Source of the DNA: Octopus vulgaris
Lineage: Eukaryota
Direction: 5' to 3'
Assembly: GCA_951406725.2 (NCBI GenBank)
Contig: OX597827.1
Location: 78,988,001 to 79,052,000, forward strand
Length of the DNA: 64,000 bases
Shown here: piece after piece, positions 40,851-53,864 of the stretch
How the letters are laid out: each line of letters opens with the position of its first letter
Position numbering within the stretch: position 1 is the stretch's first letter
Program-made: the position numbers and the translations under genes
The notes under the pieces: model-generated
The model's database searches: none
The model's input: the letters and a program-made list of their open reading frames with translations, nothing else
Told to the model about the DNA's origin: nothing

Positions 40851-43832
40851 TCACGTTTGTTTGTCATCCAATGGAGGTTTTTCTTCTGATGCATAAAGGA
40901 CATGGTAGAACGCACCCTTTGGCATACTTGAACATGGATCACTTCGGTCTGTTGCATTCGACTTCATTGAAGAAATTGTGTCTGACTGCAGAGATGACGT
41001 CGCAGTTGCATTGGACTTGAGTGATGATGTGGCGGTAGTACTTGATGATTTCCCAGAAGACGTTGCTGTTGCGTTTGATTTCAGAGACGATGTGGGGGTG
41101 TTATCTAAAACCAGCGGTGGTGGTGTCACTGCTGTATCAGCTGCCATCGCTGCAGTCTTTTTGATTAACGGTTCATTGCTTTTAGCACAAATAATAATTG
41201 GTTCCTTTTTATGACGTCTCGCTTTGCCTTTCTTCTTTTCCGGAATCTTTTTTGTCGGAAGTTCAACTTTGCGATTGTCACGTTGAACTGCTTTTTCTTT
41301 GAGTGCAATCTTCTGCTCATGGGGCAGAATGTCTCCTTCTAAAACACTCGTCCTCCGTGTTGGTGGGTTGATGAACCTCTTCTTTTGTTCCGACGTTCTT
41401 CTATTTGCGGCTTCTATTTGTTCTGGAGTCATTTTCTGTTCAGGAATAATAATTTTTTGTTCTTGTATTGACATTTCTGCTGAACTACGCTCATTGCTGT
41501 GTCTCCTGGAAAGAGTGGAATTACTGAGACTCTGTTGTTCTGAAGACCTTCTGTTTACTTGCGGATCTGTATGGAATATTTCTTGCTCAGCAGAATAATT
41601 CAAAAGACTTTGTTCAGCTGCTTGTTTTATTGTCGGGCTGACTCGTCCACTTTCTGGTGCTTTGGATTGGTTTTTCCACTGAATAATACAAACTGTTAAT
41701 GAGATCGATATTGATATGGCTATTATCACAGAAAGCAGTACAATAACTATGACCAAATTGAGGTGGATTCTGTCACTCGGCTGTGTTCGCTGGTGCATGA
41801 TCATTTCCTGTGTATCATTGCTGACACTCAGGATTAAAGTTAGTGTTGTTGTTGATGACAGAACGGGAATGCCACTGTCTTTGACGAGGAACTGTAGGTC
41901 ATAGGAACCAGCATCATTTCGGTAAACATCCCGTGTGAAAGACAACAAACCATTATAAGAATCAAGCGCAAACAAATCTCTTTCGTTGCCTCCAACAATT
42001 TCAAACTGAAGGAAGGCGTTTCTTGGACTGTCATTATCGAAAGCTTTCAAAAAAGTGATATTGTTGCTACTTTGTGGTTCATAGTAGACCTCCATAACTG
42101 CAGGATTCTCACTTGGAAAAGTAAAGAATGGTGCATTGTCATTTTCATCCATCACTTCCACAACAACGCTGGCAGAAGTGTTCAGTGAAGGTCTTCCGTT
42201 GTCTCGGACAAACACTGGAAATTCATACAATTCTTTAGTTTCTCGGTCTATTCGGCCTTTTGTGGTGATCAACCCATTCTCCGATATTTGAAAAGGAAGG
42301 CTATTTTCATCTTTCTCAGACATGAAATAGTGGAGTTCACCTCCAGAATCTAAGTCAGGATCAGTAGCATTGACAAAACCAACTGGGAAATTTGGAGCCT
42401 GGTTCTCATAAGAGAGGAACTTGAATGTATCTTTTGTAAATTCTGGTCTCACATCGTTGACGTCTGTCACTTGGATTGAAAACTTACGTTCTGCTTTCAA
42501 TGGAGGCGTCCCTTTGTCTTGACATATTATGGAAAACTCAAAATGGTCTTGTTCTTCTCGGTCTATGGGATTTTTTGCAATTACTTGGTATTCTTTTGAG
42601 CCTAAAATCTGTAGCTGGAATTTATCATGGTTAAGTTCACAAGAAATCTCTCCATTTTGGCCAATATCATCGTCAATAATTATCACATAGGCAATGAAAC
42701 TTCCTACCTTAATGGCTTCTGAGATTGTTGCAGAGTTTTCGGATTGTGAAGTGAGGAATTTAACGTCAATACGGGGAGTTTTATTTTGTTGGTTGATAAC
42801 ATTTACAAATACAACAGCAGTGGAACTTAGGGGAGGATTTCCACCATCGATGACATCTACAAATAATTTATAGGTTAGTATTTGTCTTGATGGGAATCTT
42901 CTCCGCAGGAAGATTTCCCCTGACATTTCATTCAAATCAAAATAGTCTTTGGCAATATTGGAAGTCTGAGAACTAAAGCGGTAAAATATTCGACTGTTCT
43001 CGCCTGCATCTAGATCTGTTGCAGAGAGAGTTACAACTGGTATGGACCTTGGGTGGGATTTTTTAATGGAAACATTATAAACATTCTGTGAGAAAATGGG
43101 TGAGTTGTCGTTAACATCTGAAATGGATATTTGAACCCTTAAACTACTTTGTTGTGGTGGGTATCCTTCATCTTTGGCAATAACTTCCAGAGAATATTGA
43201 TCTCTCACTTCCCTGTCTAACTTTTCATCGAGGATAATTTCAAGTTTGGCCCGGCCGTCAACTCTTTTTGAAACTGTCAATGAAAAGGGTTCGTCTACAT
43301 CTTTACTAAGTTCGTACGTAATTTTGGAAGTTAAGATACCCACATCTCTATCTATTGCATTGGCTATTGATCGCTTTGTGCCCCTTCCATCAGTTTCCGA
43401 GAACCAAAGGTCCACCTGACTGTTGGGAAACTCTGGTCGGTGGTCATTTATATCTTCTATGCTAACTTTTATTTTTAATATTTTAACAAATGCTTCCTCT
43501 TGATGTATCACACATTTTAGAATCCTGAAACAATCCGTGGCATATATGCAAAGGGCTTCAGCATCCAACCTTTTAACTGTGTAAAGCTTCCCTGTTTTGG
43601 AGATGTTAAAAAGCTCAAAGTTTTCCGATGAACCTACATGAAGCTGACTAAATGTGATCTGGCTGTGATCCTGGGCCGAGAACTGGTCATGGAAGTGGGT
43701 GTCTTCAGCTATGTCACCAATCAACGTCCCAGGGCGTTTCTCTTCTGCTACATTGTAGGAAAGGTCTGTGCAGGATGAGTTATGCAGCAGGAGAAACAGT
43801 AACAACAGCTCCGCTAACATAGCCTCATGCAT
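40851..43832 (-). CDS. PCDH: Protocadherin 2 (993 aa; signal peptide, EC1-EC6, TM and long cytoplasmic tail in one exon)
   Basis: Signal MLAELLLLFLLLHNSSC; EC1 CIYATDC; linkers DINDHRP, DVNDNSP, NQQNKTP, DVNDVRP, DENDNAP; LDRE/IDRE motifs; TM LNLVIVIVLLSVIIAISISISLTVCII; no interruptions. Confidence 0.97.
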   Translation of the reverse strand: MHEAMLAELLLLFLLLHNSSCTDLSYNVAEEKRPGTLIGDIAEDTHFHDQFSAQDHSQITFSQLHVGSSENFELFNISKTGKLYTVKRLDAEALCIYATDCFRILKCVIHQEEAFVKILKIKVSIEDINDHRPEFPNSQVDLWFSETDGRGTKRSIANAIDRDVGILTSKITYELSKDVDEPFSLTVSKRVDGRAKLEIILDEKLDREVRDQYSLEVIAKDEGYPPQQSSLRVQISISDVNDNSPIFSQNVYNVSIKKSHPRSIPVVTLSATDLDAGENSRIFYRFSSQTSNIAKDYFDLNEMSGEIFLRRRFPSRQILTYKLFVDVIDGGNPPLSSTAVVFVNVINQQNKTPRIDVKFLTSQSENSATISEAIKVGSFIAYVIIIDDDIGQNGEISCELNHDKFQLQILGSKEYQVIAKNPIDREEQDHFEFSIICQDKGTPPLKAERKFSIQVTDVNDVRPEFTKDTFKFLSYENQAPNFPVGFVNATDPDLDSGGELHYFMSEKDENSLPFQISENGLITTKGRIDRETKELYEFPVFVRDNGRPSLNTSASVVVEVMDENDNAPFFTFPSENPAVMEVYYEPQSSNNITFLKAFDNDSPRNAFLQFEIVGGNERDLFALDSYNGLLSFTRDVYRNDAGSYDLQFLVKDSGIPVLSSTTTLTLILSVSNDTQEMIMHQRTQPSDRIHLNLVIVIVLLSVIIAISISISLTVCIIQWKNQSKAPESGRVSPTIKQAAEQSLLNYSAEQEIFHTDPQVNRRSSEQQSLSNSTLSRRHSNERSSAEMSIQEQKIIIPEQKMTPEQIEAANRRTSEQKKRFINPPTRRTSVLEGDILPHEQKIALKEKAVQRDNRKVELPTKKIPEKKKGKARRHKKEPIIICAKSNEPLIKKTAAMAADTAVTPPPLVLDNTPTSSLKSNATATSSGKSSSTTATSSLKSNATATSSLQSDTISSMKSNATDRSDPCSSMPKGAFYHVLYASEEKPPLDDKQT

Positions 43833-43876
43833 AGCAGTTGCAGACGCTGGTCTTCAAAGAAATATATCTACAGGCC

Positions 43877-43925
43877 CTGCAAGGAGAAGAAGAAGAAGAA
43901 GAAGAAGAAGAAACATTGAATTAAT
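43877..43925 (-). promoter_or_regulatory. 3' splice acceptor upstream of protocadherin 2, with (TTC)n as polypyrimidine tract
   Basis: Minus strand aattaattcaatgt(ttc)n-tccttgcag|GGC, 44 nt upstream of the first ATG. Confidence 0.7.
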
Positions 43926-44048
43926 TTGGAAGCGAAAACTTTGGGCTGTTTTGTTCTTTCACATTTATTATGTTCAATCTCTTTCATATTAGTCACATGA
44001 CAATTTATTAGTCTTGTGAAGGTGAAGTCATGCACACACACACACACG

Positions 44049-44080
<32 letters not shown>

Positions 44081-44099
44081 TAATACATACATACATACC

Positions 44100-44164
<65 letters not shown>

Positions 44165-44811
44165 ACACACATACATACATCATCATCATCATCATCGTTT
44201 TACGTCCGTTTTCCATGCTGGCATGGGTTGGATGGTTTGATTGACGTATGGAGAGCCAGCAGCTGCACCGGGCTCCAGCCTGATCTGGCAAGGTTTCTAC
44301 AGCTTGATGCCCTTCCTCCGAGAGTATAGTGGGTGCTTTTTATGTGCCACCACCATGAGAGCAAGTCAGGTGGCACTGGCATAGATCACATTCAGATAGT
44401 GCTTTTTATGCACCTCTGGCACGGGAGCCAGTCAGGGGTCACTGGTATCAACCACATACATACTCATAAATACATATAAGTACCCACATATATATATACA
44501 TACATATAAACACACACACATACATACATACATATATACATACATACACATATGCATGTATGAATGTAAAAAAACGGAATGTGAGTGTGTGTTAATTCTC
44601 ATTATTTCTTTACACCCATAAAGGGCAGAAGCGTGAGGGTATGCCAAGCAAAATGCTGAGTGGCATTTTGTCTGAGTTCAAATTCCACCAAGGTTGACTT
44701 AGCTTTTCATCCTTTCAGGGTCGATAAAATATGTACCAGTCAAACACTGGGGTTGATGCAACTGACTTGGCTCCTCCTCAAAATTTCATGCCTTGTTCCA
44801 GCAATCTGAGG

Positions 44812-45306
44812 GAGCAGTGCATGCCATCAAAGTGACCCTGGGGTAAAAGATACAAAGCCCAGTATACCCATCATGACTACCCATCTGATAAGGGTACATT
44901 GGGCATATGCATCACAACCAAATCTGCATGACATGATGATCCTATATCAAGATAAACAGTGCATGACCTTGCAGGTGGGGCCCAGTTAGAATTTCCTTCA
45001 GGTTGAGTAGCCCATTCCACTCAAAAGGTCTCTGAATAAGGGTTGTTTAAGGATGATGAACAAAACACCCATGTTTCCAGAGGTGAGTTATCCAAACCCC
45101 GAAGAATTCCTCTCAACACATGGCTAAGATGCTCTCCCACTACATCTGCTTGTAATCAGAGATGCACATATCATCAGCCACTAAGGGACATGTTCAACTG
45201 GTGAAGGTCAAACAACTGACAAGCGTATCTGTGGTGTTGAGCAGAATATTTGCTGTAGCCCACTTTTTATACTAAGACAAAACAATATATTATCATTATT
45301 ATTTTT

Positions 45307-45354
<48 letters not shown>

Positions 45355-45944
45355 TAGGGCAGCAAGCTGTCAGACCCATTAGCATGCTGGGCTAAATGCT
45401 TAGCAGTATTTTGTGTGCTGTTGTGCTCCGAGTTCAAATTTCGCTGAGGTCGACTTTGCCTTTCATCCTTTCGAGGTTGATAAATTGAGTACCAGTCAAG
45501 TACTGGGGTCAATCTAATTATCTATCCTCCTCCCCACAAATTCCAGGCCTAGTGCCAATAGTAGAAAGGATTACTACCACCACCACCACCACCACCATCA
45601 CCACCACCACCACCACCACCACCACCGTCATCATCATCATCATTGCCTTTGCACAGTTTCTAATGCTGGAGATGTACTACGGTGTCAGCTGCTCACTACC
45701 AGTGAACTAAGGTAACACTCCTTATTTTTCGAGCACCTTCCAGAGTATTTGAGTGGTTCCAAGCAGTGCTGTTTTCTGCAAGTGCTCCACCCTTATTGCA
45801 GCCCCTATTTGTTCCACATACTTCTCGAGATTTTTACTCACTGTTCCCAGGGCTCTGACAATTATTGGTACTACTATCACCTTTTTCATCAACCACAACT
45901 GCTTATCCTCCCCCTCCTCCTCCTCATCCATCACCCCCACCACC

Positions 45945-45978
<34 letters not shown>

Positions 45979-45984
45979 TCATCA

Positions 45985-46051
<67 letters not shown>

Positions 46052-46064
46052 CATTATCATCATT

Positions 46065-46109
<45 letters not shown>

Positions 46110-46585
46110 GAGTGAGCGAGCAGAGCATGCCATCAAAGTGACACTGGGGTAAAATATACGAAGCCCAGTATACCCATCATGACTACCCGTCTGATAAAGG
46201 TACACCAGGCACATGCATCACAACCATATGTGCGCGACATGGTGATCTCATATCAAGATAAACAGCACATGACCTTGCAGGTGGAGCCCAGTTAGAATTT
46301 TCTTCAGATCGAGTAACCCATCCCGCTCAAAAGGTCCCTGAATAAGGGTTGTTTAAGGACGTTGAACGAAACACCTATGTTTCCAGAGGTGAATTATTCA
46401 AACCCCAAAGAATCCTTCTCAACACATGGCTATGATGCTCCCCCACTACTTCTGCTCGTGATCAGAGATGCATATATCGTCAGCCACTAAGGGACATGCT
46501 CAACTGGTTAAGGTCAAACAACTGACAAGCAAATCTGTGGTATTGAGCAGAATATTTGCTGTAGCCCATCTTTTATACCAAGACA
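44812..46585 (-). mobile_element. Two copies (about 44812-45285 and 46110-46585) of a ~475-bp non-coding retroelement 3' segment beside (TAA)n
   Basis: Shared gcatgccatcaaagtgac...gcagaatatttgctgtagccc. The second copy ends in (aat)n on the minus strand. Confidence 0.7.
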
Positions 46586-46622
<37 letters not shown>

Positions 46623-46834
46623 AATAATATTGTTCTTCTTCTTCTTATTATTATTATCATCATCCTTTTCTTTACCCTAGCAATGTTGCCTTAATTGATG
46701 CTTTTGCTGTTGCAACATTTGTTGTTGATGTTGTTGTTGTTGCTTTAGCAGTTATTTTTGTTGCTACAACAACAAGGGGCCAAACAACCATCAATTCTAA
46801 TGGTTTTTATCAAAATGATTAGAACCCATTAATA

Positions 46835-46869
<35 letters not shown>

Positions 46870-46888
46870 TTAACCTATAACCAGACAG

Positions 46889-46924
<36 letters not shown>

Positions 46925-47019
46925 GAACAACATCAACAATAAAATGAATATTGATAAGAGTTTCTTTCAAACAGGAAGAACTTGTCAGAAGAATTGGACT
47001 GGGGCTCAGAACAATGGTT

Positions 47020-47580
47020 GTGGCGATGGTAGTGGTGGTAGTAGGGTGGTAGCAGTGGTGGTGGTGGTGGTGGAGGTTGTGGTGATGGTGGTGATGGTGT
47101 AGTGGTGGTGAGTGTGGTGGTGGTGGTGGTAGTGATGGGGATGGTGGTAGAAGTGGTAGTGGTGGTGGTGGTGATGGTGGTGGTGGTGGTGGTGGTGGTG
47201 GTGGTGGTGGTGATGGTGGTGGTGGTGGTGATGGTGGTGGTGATGGTGGTGGTGGTGGTGGTGGTGGTGGTGGTGGTGGTGGTGGTGGTGGTGGTGGTGG
47301 TGGTGGTGGTGGTGGTGGTGGTGATGGTAGTGAAGATAATGGTGGTTGTGGTGGGGATGGTGGTAGTGGTGGTGGTGGTAGCAGTGATGGTGGAGGTGGC
47401 AGTGTTGGTGGTTTGGTCATAGTGGTGGTGGTAGTGGTGGCGGTGGTTTGGTTGTAGTGGTGGAGGTAACAGTGGTGGTGGTAGCAGTGTTGGTGGTGAT
47501 GATGGTGGTTTGGTGGTAGTGGTGGTGGTAGTGGTGGTGGAAATGGTGGTGGTGGTGATGTTTGTGGTAGTGTCCGTCGT
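47020..47580. repeat. (GGT)n satellite
   Basis: About 0.55 kb of ggt triplets with gat/agt variants. Confidence 0.95.
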
Positions 47581-49059
47581 AGTATCGATGCCAGTAGTTA
47601 TAGTGTTAACCCTCATTTAAAGGTAATATTGATAAAGGAAGCCAGCTAATTGCTGAGTATCACCAACATGAACCAACCTGTTTGTTGTGCGTTTATCAAT
47701 CGAGTTTATGTCCAAGCGACTATATTTATGCACAGCACAATCACGTTTGCTCTGTGTGTGTGTGAATATATACTCTCATTGTGTGTAAGTATATACACTC
47801 ACTTTCAGTGTATATAAATTGTTCTGTGTGTAAAATAATATTGCTTTCAAATTTTGGCACAAGGCCAGCAATTTTTGGGGAGAGGTAAGTTGATTACATC
47901 AACCCCAGCATTCAACTGGTACTTGTATCTTTGATCATGAAAGGATGAAAGGCAAAGTCAACCTCGGCAGAATGTCTGTGTGTGTGTAGAAATATGGAAT
48001 CTTTTTCATGTGGATATGAACTGTTGTTCTATGAAGTGTGTGTCCTGGTTTGTAGAAGTGGTACACTGCGGCCCCTTTTGGAAATGTCCCTGTGCGTCAT
48101 AAGAGATGAGCCTAGGGGTTGGCAACAAGAAAGACATCCTGTTGTAAAAGTGTGGAAACATTTCCACAAGGCCAGACAGGTTTTTGTGGAAGATTGAAAA
48201 TGAAGGATGTTGTGTGTGTGTGTGTGTGTTGGTGATGTTTGTTTGCAACTGTTGTGTGATGTCAAGGCAACCAGACACAAACATACATGCACACACACAC
48301 ACACACACACACATGTAAATACACATACACGTATACACATACACGTATGCACATACATTCATATATGCATAACATCATCATTGTGCTAACATCCACTTTT
48401 CTTATGCTTGCATGGGTTGGACCGAATTCATTGAGGCTGATTTTCTACAGCTGGATGCCCTTCCTGTCACCAATCCTCACCTATTTCCAAGCCAGGTAAT
48501 ATTTCCCTGTGGCCAGATATGTTTCTCATGGAAGATTGGAAAAGAACAGCAACATTTGCATGATGGAGATTCTTGTCTAACAAATCCACTCACAAGCCTT
48601 TGGTTGGCCGAGGGCTACAGCAGGTCATATTTGCCCAGGGTGCTGCACAGTGGGACCAAAGATGAGACCACATGATTACGAAACAAGAACCTTAACCACA
48701 CAGCCACGCTTGCACTTATAGAGTTTTAAAACAAAATAAATAATAACTAACACAATATACTTGGCAGTTCCTCAAGAGATTGAAAAATTGAACCTTAAGC
48801 CTAATAACTCCAAGGTATATTGTGGCAGTTGTTAGTTTGGTAAATCCTTTTGGCCAGTCTCAAGTTCTGGATCACTGAACAGATAATTTGTCACAGTCAG
48901 GGTGAGGGCCACGACATATTGTACAGTTAAATGTCACCTCGACCTAGGAGCTACTGCTGCTGTTGACCTGATACATTTTTTATTCTGTCATTTTATAAAG
49001 TTACCAATGTCTGGTAGAAGCCCCGACAGAAAACACTTGTGTGGATATGTGCATACATG

Positions 49060-50474
49060 CAGAGTGCCTAAGTTATTTGAGAAGACAATTTAAGGAAATT
49101 GAAAATTTTTATTAGAAAAACCAAAATATTTTCATAGAATTTGTTAGCCTTACTTACACATAGCAAAAGGCAATTCAATAAAATTGCCATCAACTTTTAT
49201 TGCTACCTTGAAAGGAGTAAATGCATTGAACAGGCAATCTTTATTCCTGTTGGCCAGAAACGTACTCAATAGCAGACGTTAACGAGTCCTCGGTATTGTG
49301 AGCATGGCTGTTGGTCTCCCTCTCAACAATGCCCCAGACATAGTAGTCAAGTGAGATTAAATCAGGAGTATCAGGAGTATATCATGGGTCACATTATCCT
49401 GAAAACTTTCGGCTTTCCACTCTTGTGCAGGTTTTGTGAGAGAAAGCAGAATCTTGCTGAAATCCAAATGGCTTCCTCCAAGCAACTCTTTCAGTCCAGG
49501 GCTTCACAACCATCTCCATTGTCTTGATGTAGGCTGATGCATTCACCCACATTGCCTCACCCCCACCCCCCAGTCTATCAAAGACAATGGGAATTTGGTG
49601 TGCATAACAAAAGAAAATTCAGTAGGACTGGCATAGAGCCGTCATTCCTTCTCTTCACTCTTTGATTGTGGGCAAAGTTCTTCTCATTGGAGAAGAACCA
49701 GGACATATATATTTCTTTACTGCCCACAAGGGGCTAAACATAGAGGGGACAAACAAGGACAGACAAACGGATTAAGTCGATTACATCGACCCCAGAGCAA
49801 AACTGGTACTTTATATATCGACCCCGAAAGGATGAAAGGCAAAGTCGACCTCGGTGGATTTTGAACTCAGAACGTAACGACAGACGAAATACTGCTAAGC
49901 ATTTCGTCCAGCATGCTAACGTTTCTGCTGGCTCGCCACCTGAACCAGGACATATAAGTTTCCTCAGGGTACTTGGGTTAGTGAAGCAAGTACTTCAACT
50001 GGAACACACTGTTCTCCTGATCAAGCATGATCTGCCCTATTCTCATAACACAGAATTTGTATCTGATGTCTTCATACACTGTGCATCTGACACATGGAGA
50101 CGATTGGCAATGACACACATTCACTTGTTGGGATTTTAGTTGATGTCCTGGACTTACTGGACAAACCCAACTTTTCTGACAAAATTTCATTACCAAGAAT
50201 GTCTTTTTCTTTTGGCCATGAAGACACATTCCTGCCACAGGCTAAGAGCTCATTTCTAATCTTAAACAAAGAACCTGGTGACATTTCAGAAGGTTACAAG
50301 CTAAAAATCCCTGAGGTTGGTGGCTAAGGTGATGAGAGCAGTCTGCCTTTCCATCATTTGTGTTTGATTCAAATCTTCCGTGTTAAGGTTGAAAAAAGAG
50401 AAGGCTATCATGTTAAAGCCTGGGGTCGCTTGTGGGTCTCAAAGGTTTTGTTCTCAAACAGCTGACACACCCTG
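49060..50474 (-). mobile_element. Decayed Tc1/mariner (maT/DD37D-like) DNA transposon interrupted by a SINE
   Basis: Minus-strand fragments VRCTVYEDIRYKFCVMRIGQ, VVKPWTERVAWRKPFGFQQDS and PDLISLDYYVWGIVE. TA+CAGGGTG terminus at 50476-50468; degenerate partner TIR at 49060 (21/29 matches by eye). A sister fragment lies at about 53285-53340. Confidence 0.75.
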
Positions 50475-50514
50475 TATTCACTCTATAGGTAGAAACAGCT
50501 CTTATATTTGGGAA

Positions 50515-50595
50515 TGTCTGATGGTATGTCTGATGGCATATCTGATGGCATGTCTGATGGCATGTTGGATGGCATGTCTGATGGTATGTCTCATG
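50515..50595. repeat. 12-bp minisatellite (tgtctgatggca), about 6 copies
   Basis: Direct inspection; adjacent to the transposon end. Confidence 0.9.
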
Positions 50596-50930
50596 AATGT
50601 TCAACAGCTTAAGTGTGGACAATGTTTCCTAAGTTTTCACACACACACGCTAATTGAATAATTTTTTTCAGTTTGTATCCATAAACATCTACCTCCCTCC
50701 CTCCCCCTCCTCCCCCTCCTCCCTCTCCCTCTCTCCCCCTCCCTACTTATCTACCTACCTACCTACCTACCTACCTACCTACCTACCTACCTACCTACCT
50801 ACCTACCTACCTACATATCTGTCTACCTACCTACCTACCTAACTATCTACCTACCTACCTACCTACCTACCTACCTACCTACCTACCTACCTACCTACAT
50901 ACCTACCTACCTGTCTACCTACCTACCTAC

Positions 50931-51033
<103 letters not shown>

Positions 51034-52262
51034 GATTTTCTTTCCCTGATAACTTCATAATACTTAATTCCTACAAACCCTATTTCTCGTTTCCACACAC
51101 CGAACAGTCCACAGAGAGCCACAAAGAATACATTCAGTCGTGATGGCAGTGGGAGAAATATTTGCTTCTTGTTATTGATATGAAAAAATCAATAATTGAA
51201 ATAAAATAATGAACGATTGCAATGATTTGTACCTAAACATCAGCCTAAACAAATGCAATTACAGAATTTGGTGGGGGTGCAAGTGTGTGTGTGTGTGTGT
51301 GTGAAGTTGAAACCTTTCATTAGAAAAGAGGGGACTCCCCAGAAGTAGCCAATTGATCAGGAAATATGGTTTCGCTGAGATGGCAGCAGAGGTAATGGTG
51401 TGAAGAGATTACTGACCATGTTTAATAATAATAAATTTTGGTAACTGTACTCAGGTTTGGAGCTAAGATTCATGGTTCCTCGGACTAATTGAATCTTGAC
51501 TCTTTTACAGGAATTTTTCCTCAGGAATTTTCACATTTTGTTTTTATTATATTTTCCCATTTGTTTTCCTTTGTATTTGACAGATGACAATCCTATGATG
51601 TGGTCCTCCCTGGCTCATTGTGCTCCAGGTATCTGCTCATGGTGTCATCAGTGCCTCCAATTACCCCCAACTGGATCTGAAAGCATTAACTGACTTTCAG
51701 GTCTCCCTGACTTCATTCTCAGAAATATTTCAGGGGTTAGGATGACACCTTAAACCTTTCATGTTCTTAATTGATTGCATCTTCTTAAGCGTTTGGTCTT
51801 TTACCATTGATGCTTTTAATCCAATTTAATCCTTGATCTTACAATAAACCAAATGATCCACAACCTTAAAGGAAGTTATCATCTTTTGTAATATTTCTTC
51901 TTTCATTTTGTCAACATTTGACTGTGCTGCCCCCTGCTGTCAGGGCTAAGAACTATTTTAAATACAAAATCATCCATAATATGGCAACAAAGCAAAGTGG
52001 TTGGGTAGTTTTGTGATAATTTTCCCTTTTTGAAAATCATTAACTATAATTATAATTACAACTGTATCTGATTTAATTTTCAATGAAATTGTAATTTTGA
52101 ATTTTAATAAAAATTTAAGTATTTTTTTCATGTTATTTGTTCAATTGCTTTTGCCGCTTCTGTTGTTACTGTTGTTCTTGTTGTTGTTCTCAGTATAGTG
52201 GCTATGATATAACTGTTTCATTTCATTTATATTTAACTGTAGAACATATAAAAGAATAATTT

Positions 52263-52404
52263 ACATTCAACAGATATTTGTCCTCATCTTGTTTGTTGTT
52301 AACACAATGTTTCGGCTGATATACTCTCCAGCCTTCATCAGGTGTCTTGGGGAAATTTTGAACCTGGGTTCTCATTCCTAAGATAGTTTTTGATGTTGTT
52401 GTTG

Positions 52405-52460
<56 letters not shown>

Positions 52461-52586
52461 GTTATTGTTCAGGTCACTGCTTGGAATTGAACTCGGAATC
52501 TTGGGGTTAGTAGCCTGCACTCTTAACCACTACACCATATGCCCGTGGGCATATGACATAGTGACCTGAACAATAACAACAACAAC

Positions 52587-52681
<95 letters not shown>

Positions 52682-52865
52682 CATTGAAAAATACCTTAGG
52701 AATGAGAAACTAGGTTTGAAATTTCTCCCAAGACACCTGATGAAGGTTGGAGGGTATATCAGCTGAAACGTTGTGTTAACAACAAACAAGATGAAAACAA
52801 ATATCCGTCAAATGTAAATAATGTAAATAATGTTCATGATTCCTCATCTCTTAAATATAGAACAG
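52263..52865. mobile_element. Inverted dimer of a tRNA-head/(AAT)n/hammerhead non-autonomous retroelement with 16-bp TSD
   Basis: TSD tataaaagaataattt at 52247-52262 and 52866-52881; inverted arms; hammerhead cores at 52301-52346(-) and 52732-52777(+); tRNA-like head with A/B boxes at about 52473-52545(-). Confidence 0.8.
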
Positions 52866-53864
52866 TATAAAAGAATAATTTTCAATAAACATTAACATTA
52901 AAAAACATGTCTTTGATTTTCCCTTAAAAACGGACAGGAAGAAGGTGTATGTATGCGTATCTCAACAGGTGAAAACTGACTGGTTGAACAATTATGTAAA
53001 GCAGATAGATCTTAACATCAGCCCCTCAAAAACACTTGTTCATAAACCCTAACAGTCCTTCACATATCACTAAGGATGAGAAACTATGTGGAAGGGCTTC
53101 ACATATTTAGAAAGCCTTATGAATCAAGTCAAAGAAGGGGAAAGGGACACGAAGCAAGGCTTATTAAAGCTTGTGTGGTGTTCACGAGACTTCAGTTAAT
53201 CTGGAAAGTCTTAGAACTAAAATTGGATTCTCTCCAGAGCAATGTAAAATCTCCCAAAATGTATGGCTCAGACTTACGGTGGTGTTGTGAGCATGCTTGT
53301 TGGTCTCCCTCTCAACAATGCCCCAGACATAGTAGGTTCAATTTTTCAATCTATTGAGGACTAAGAATATTAATAATAATAATAATGATAATGATGATAA
53401 TAATAATAATAATAATAATAATGATAATAATAATGATGGTGATGATGATGATGATGATGATGATGATGAGGAGGAGGAGGAGGAGGAGGAGGAGGATAAG
53501 CAGTTGTCGTCGATGAAAAAGGTGATAGTAGTACCAATAATTGTCAGAGCCCTGGGAACAGTGAGTAAAAATCTCGAGAAGTACGTGGAACAAATAGGGG
53601 CTGCAATAAGGGTGGAAGTCATGCAGAAAACGGCACTGCTTGGAACTACTTAAATACTCCGGATGGTGCTTGAGATAAATAACATGATGTTTGAGGAAAA
53701 ATCTGTCACAACATGTCAAATGTTGCTGAGGCAAGAAGGTCAGTTTGACCAGTGCTGACCTTGGGCTAAATTAGCCCCAGGTTGCTGAGTGAGAAGGGAG
53801 ATGCACTAGTGATGCTCTCATTTTAGCAAGGCAGCACCAACAAAAGTATTTACTCAAAATGTAG

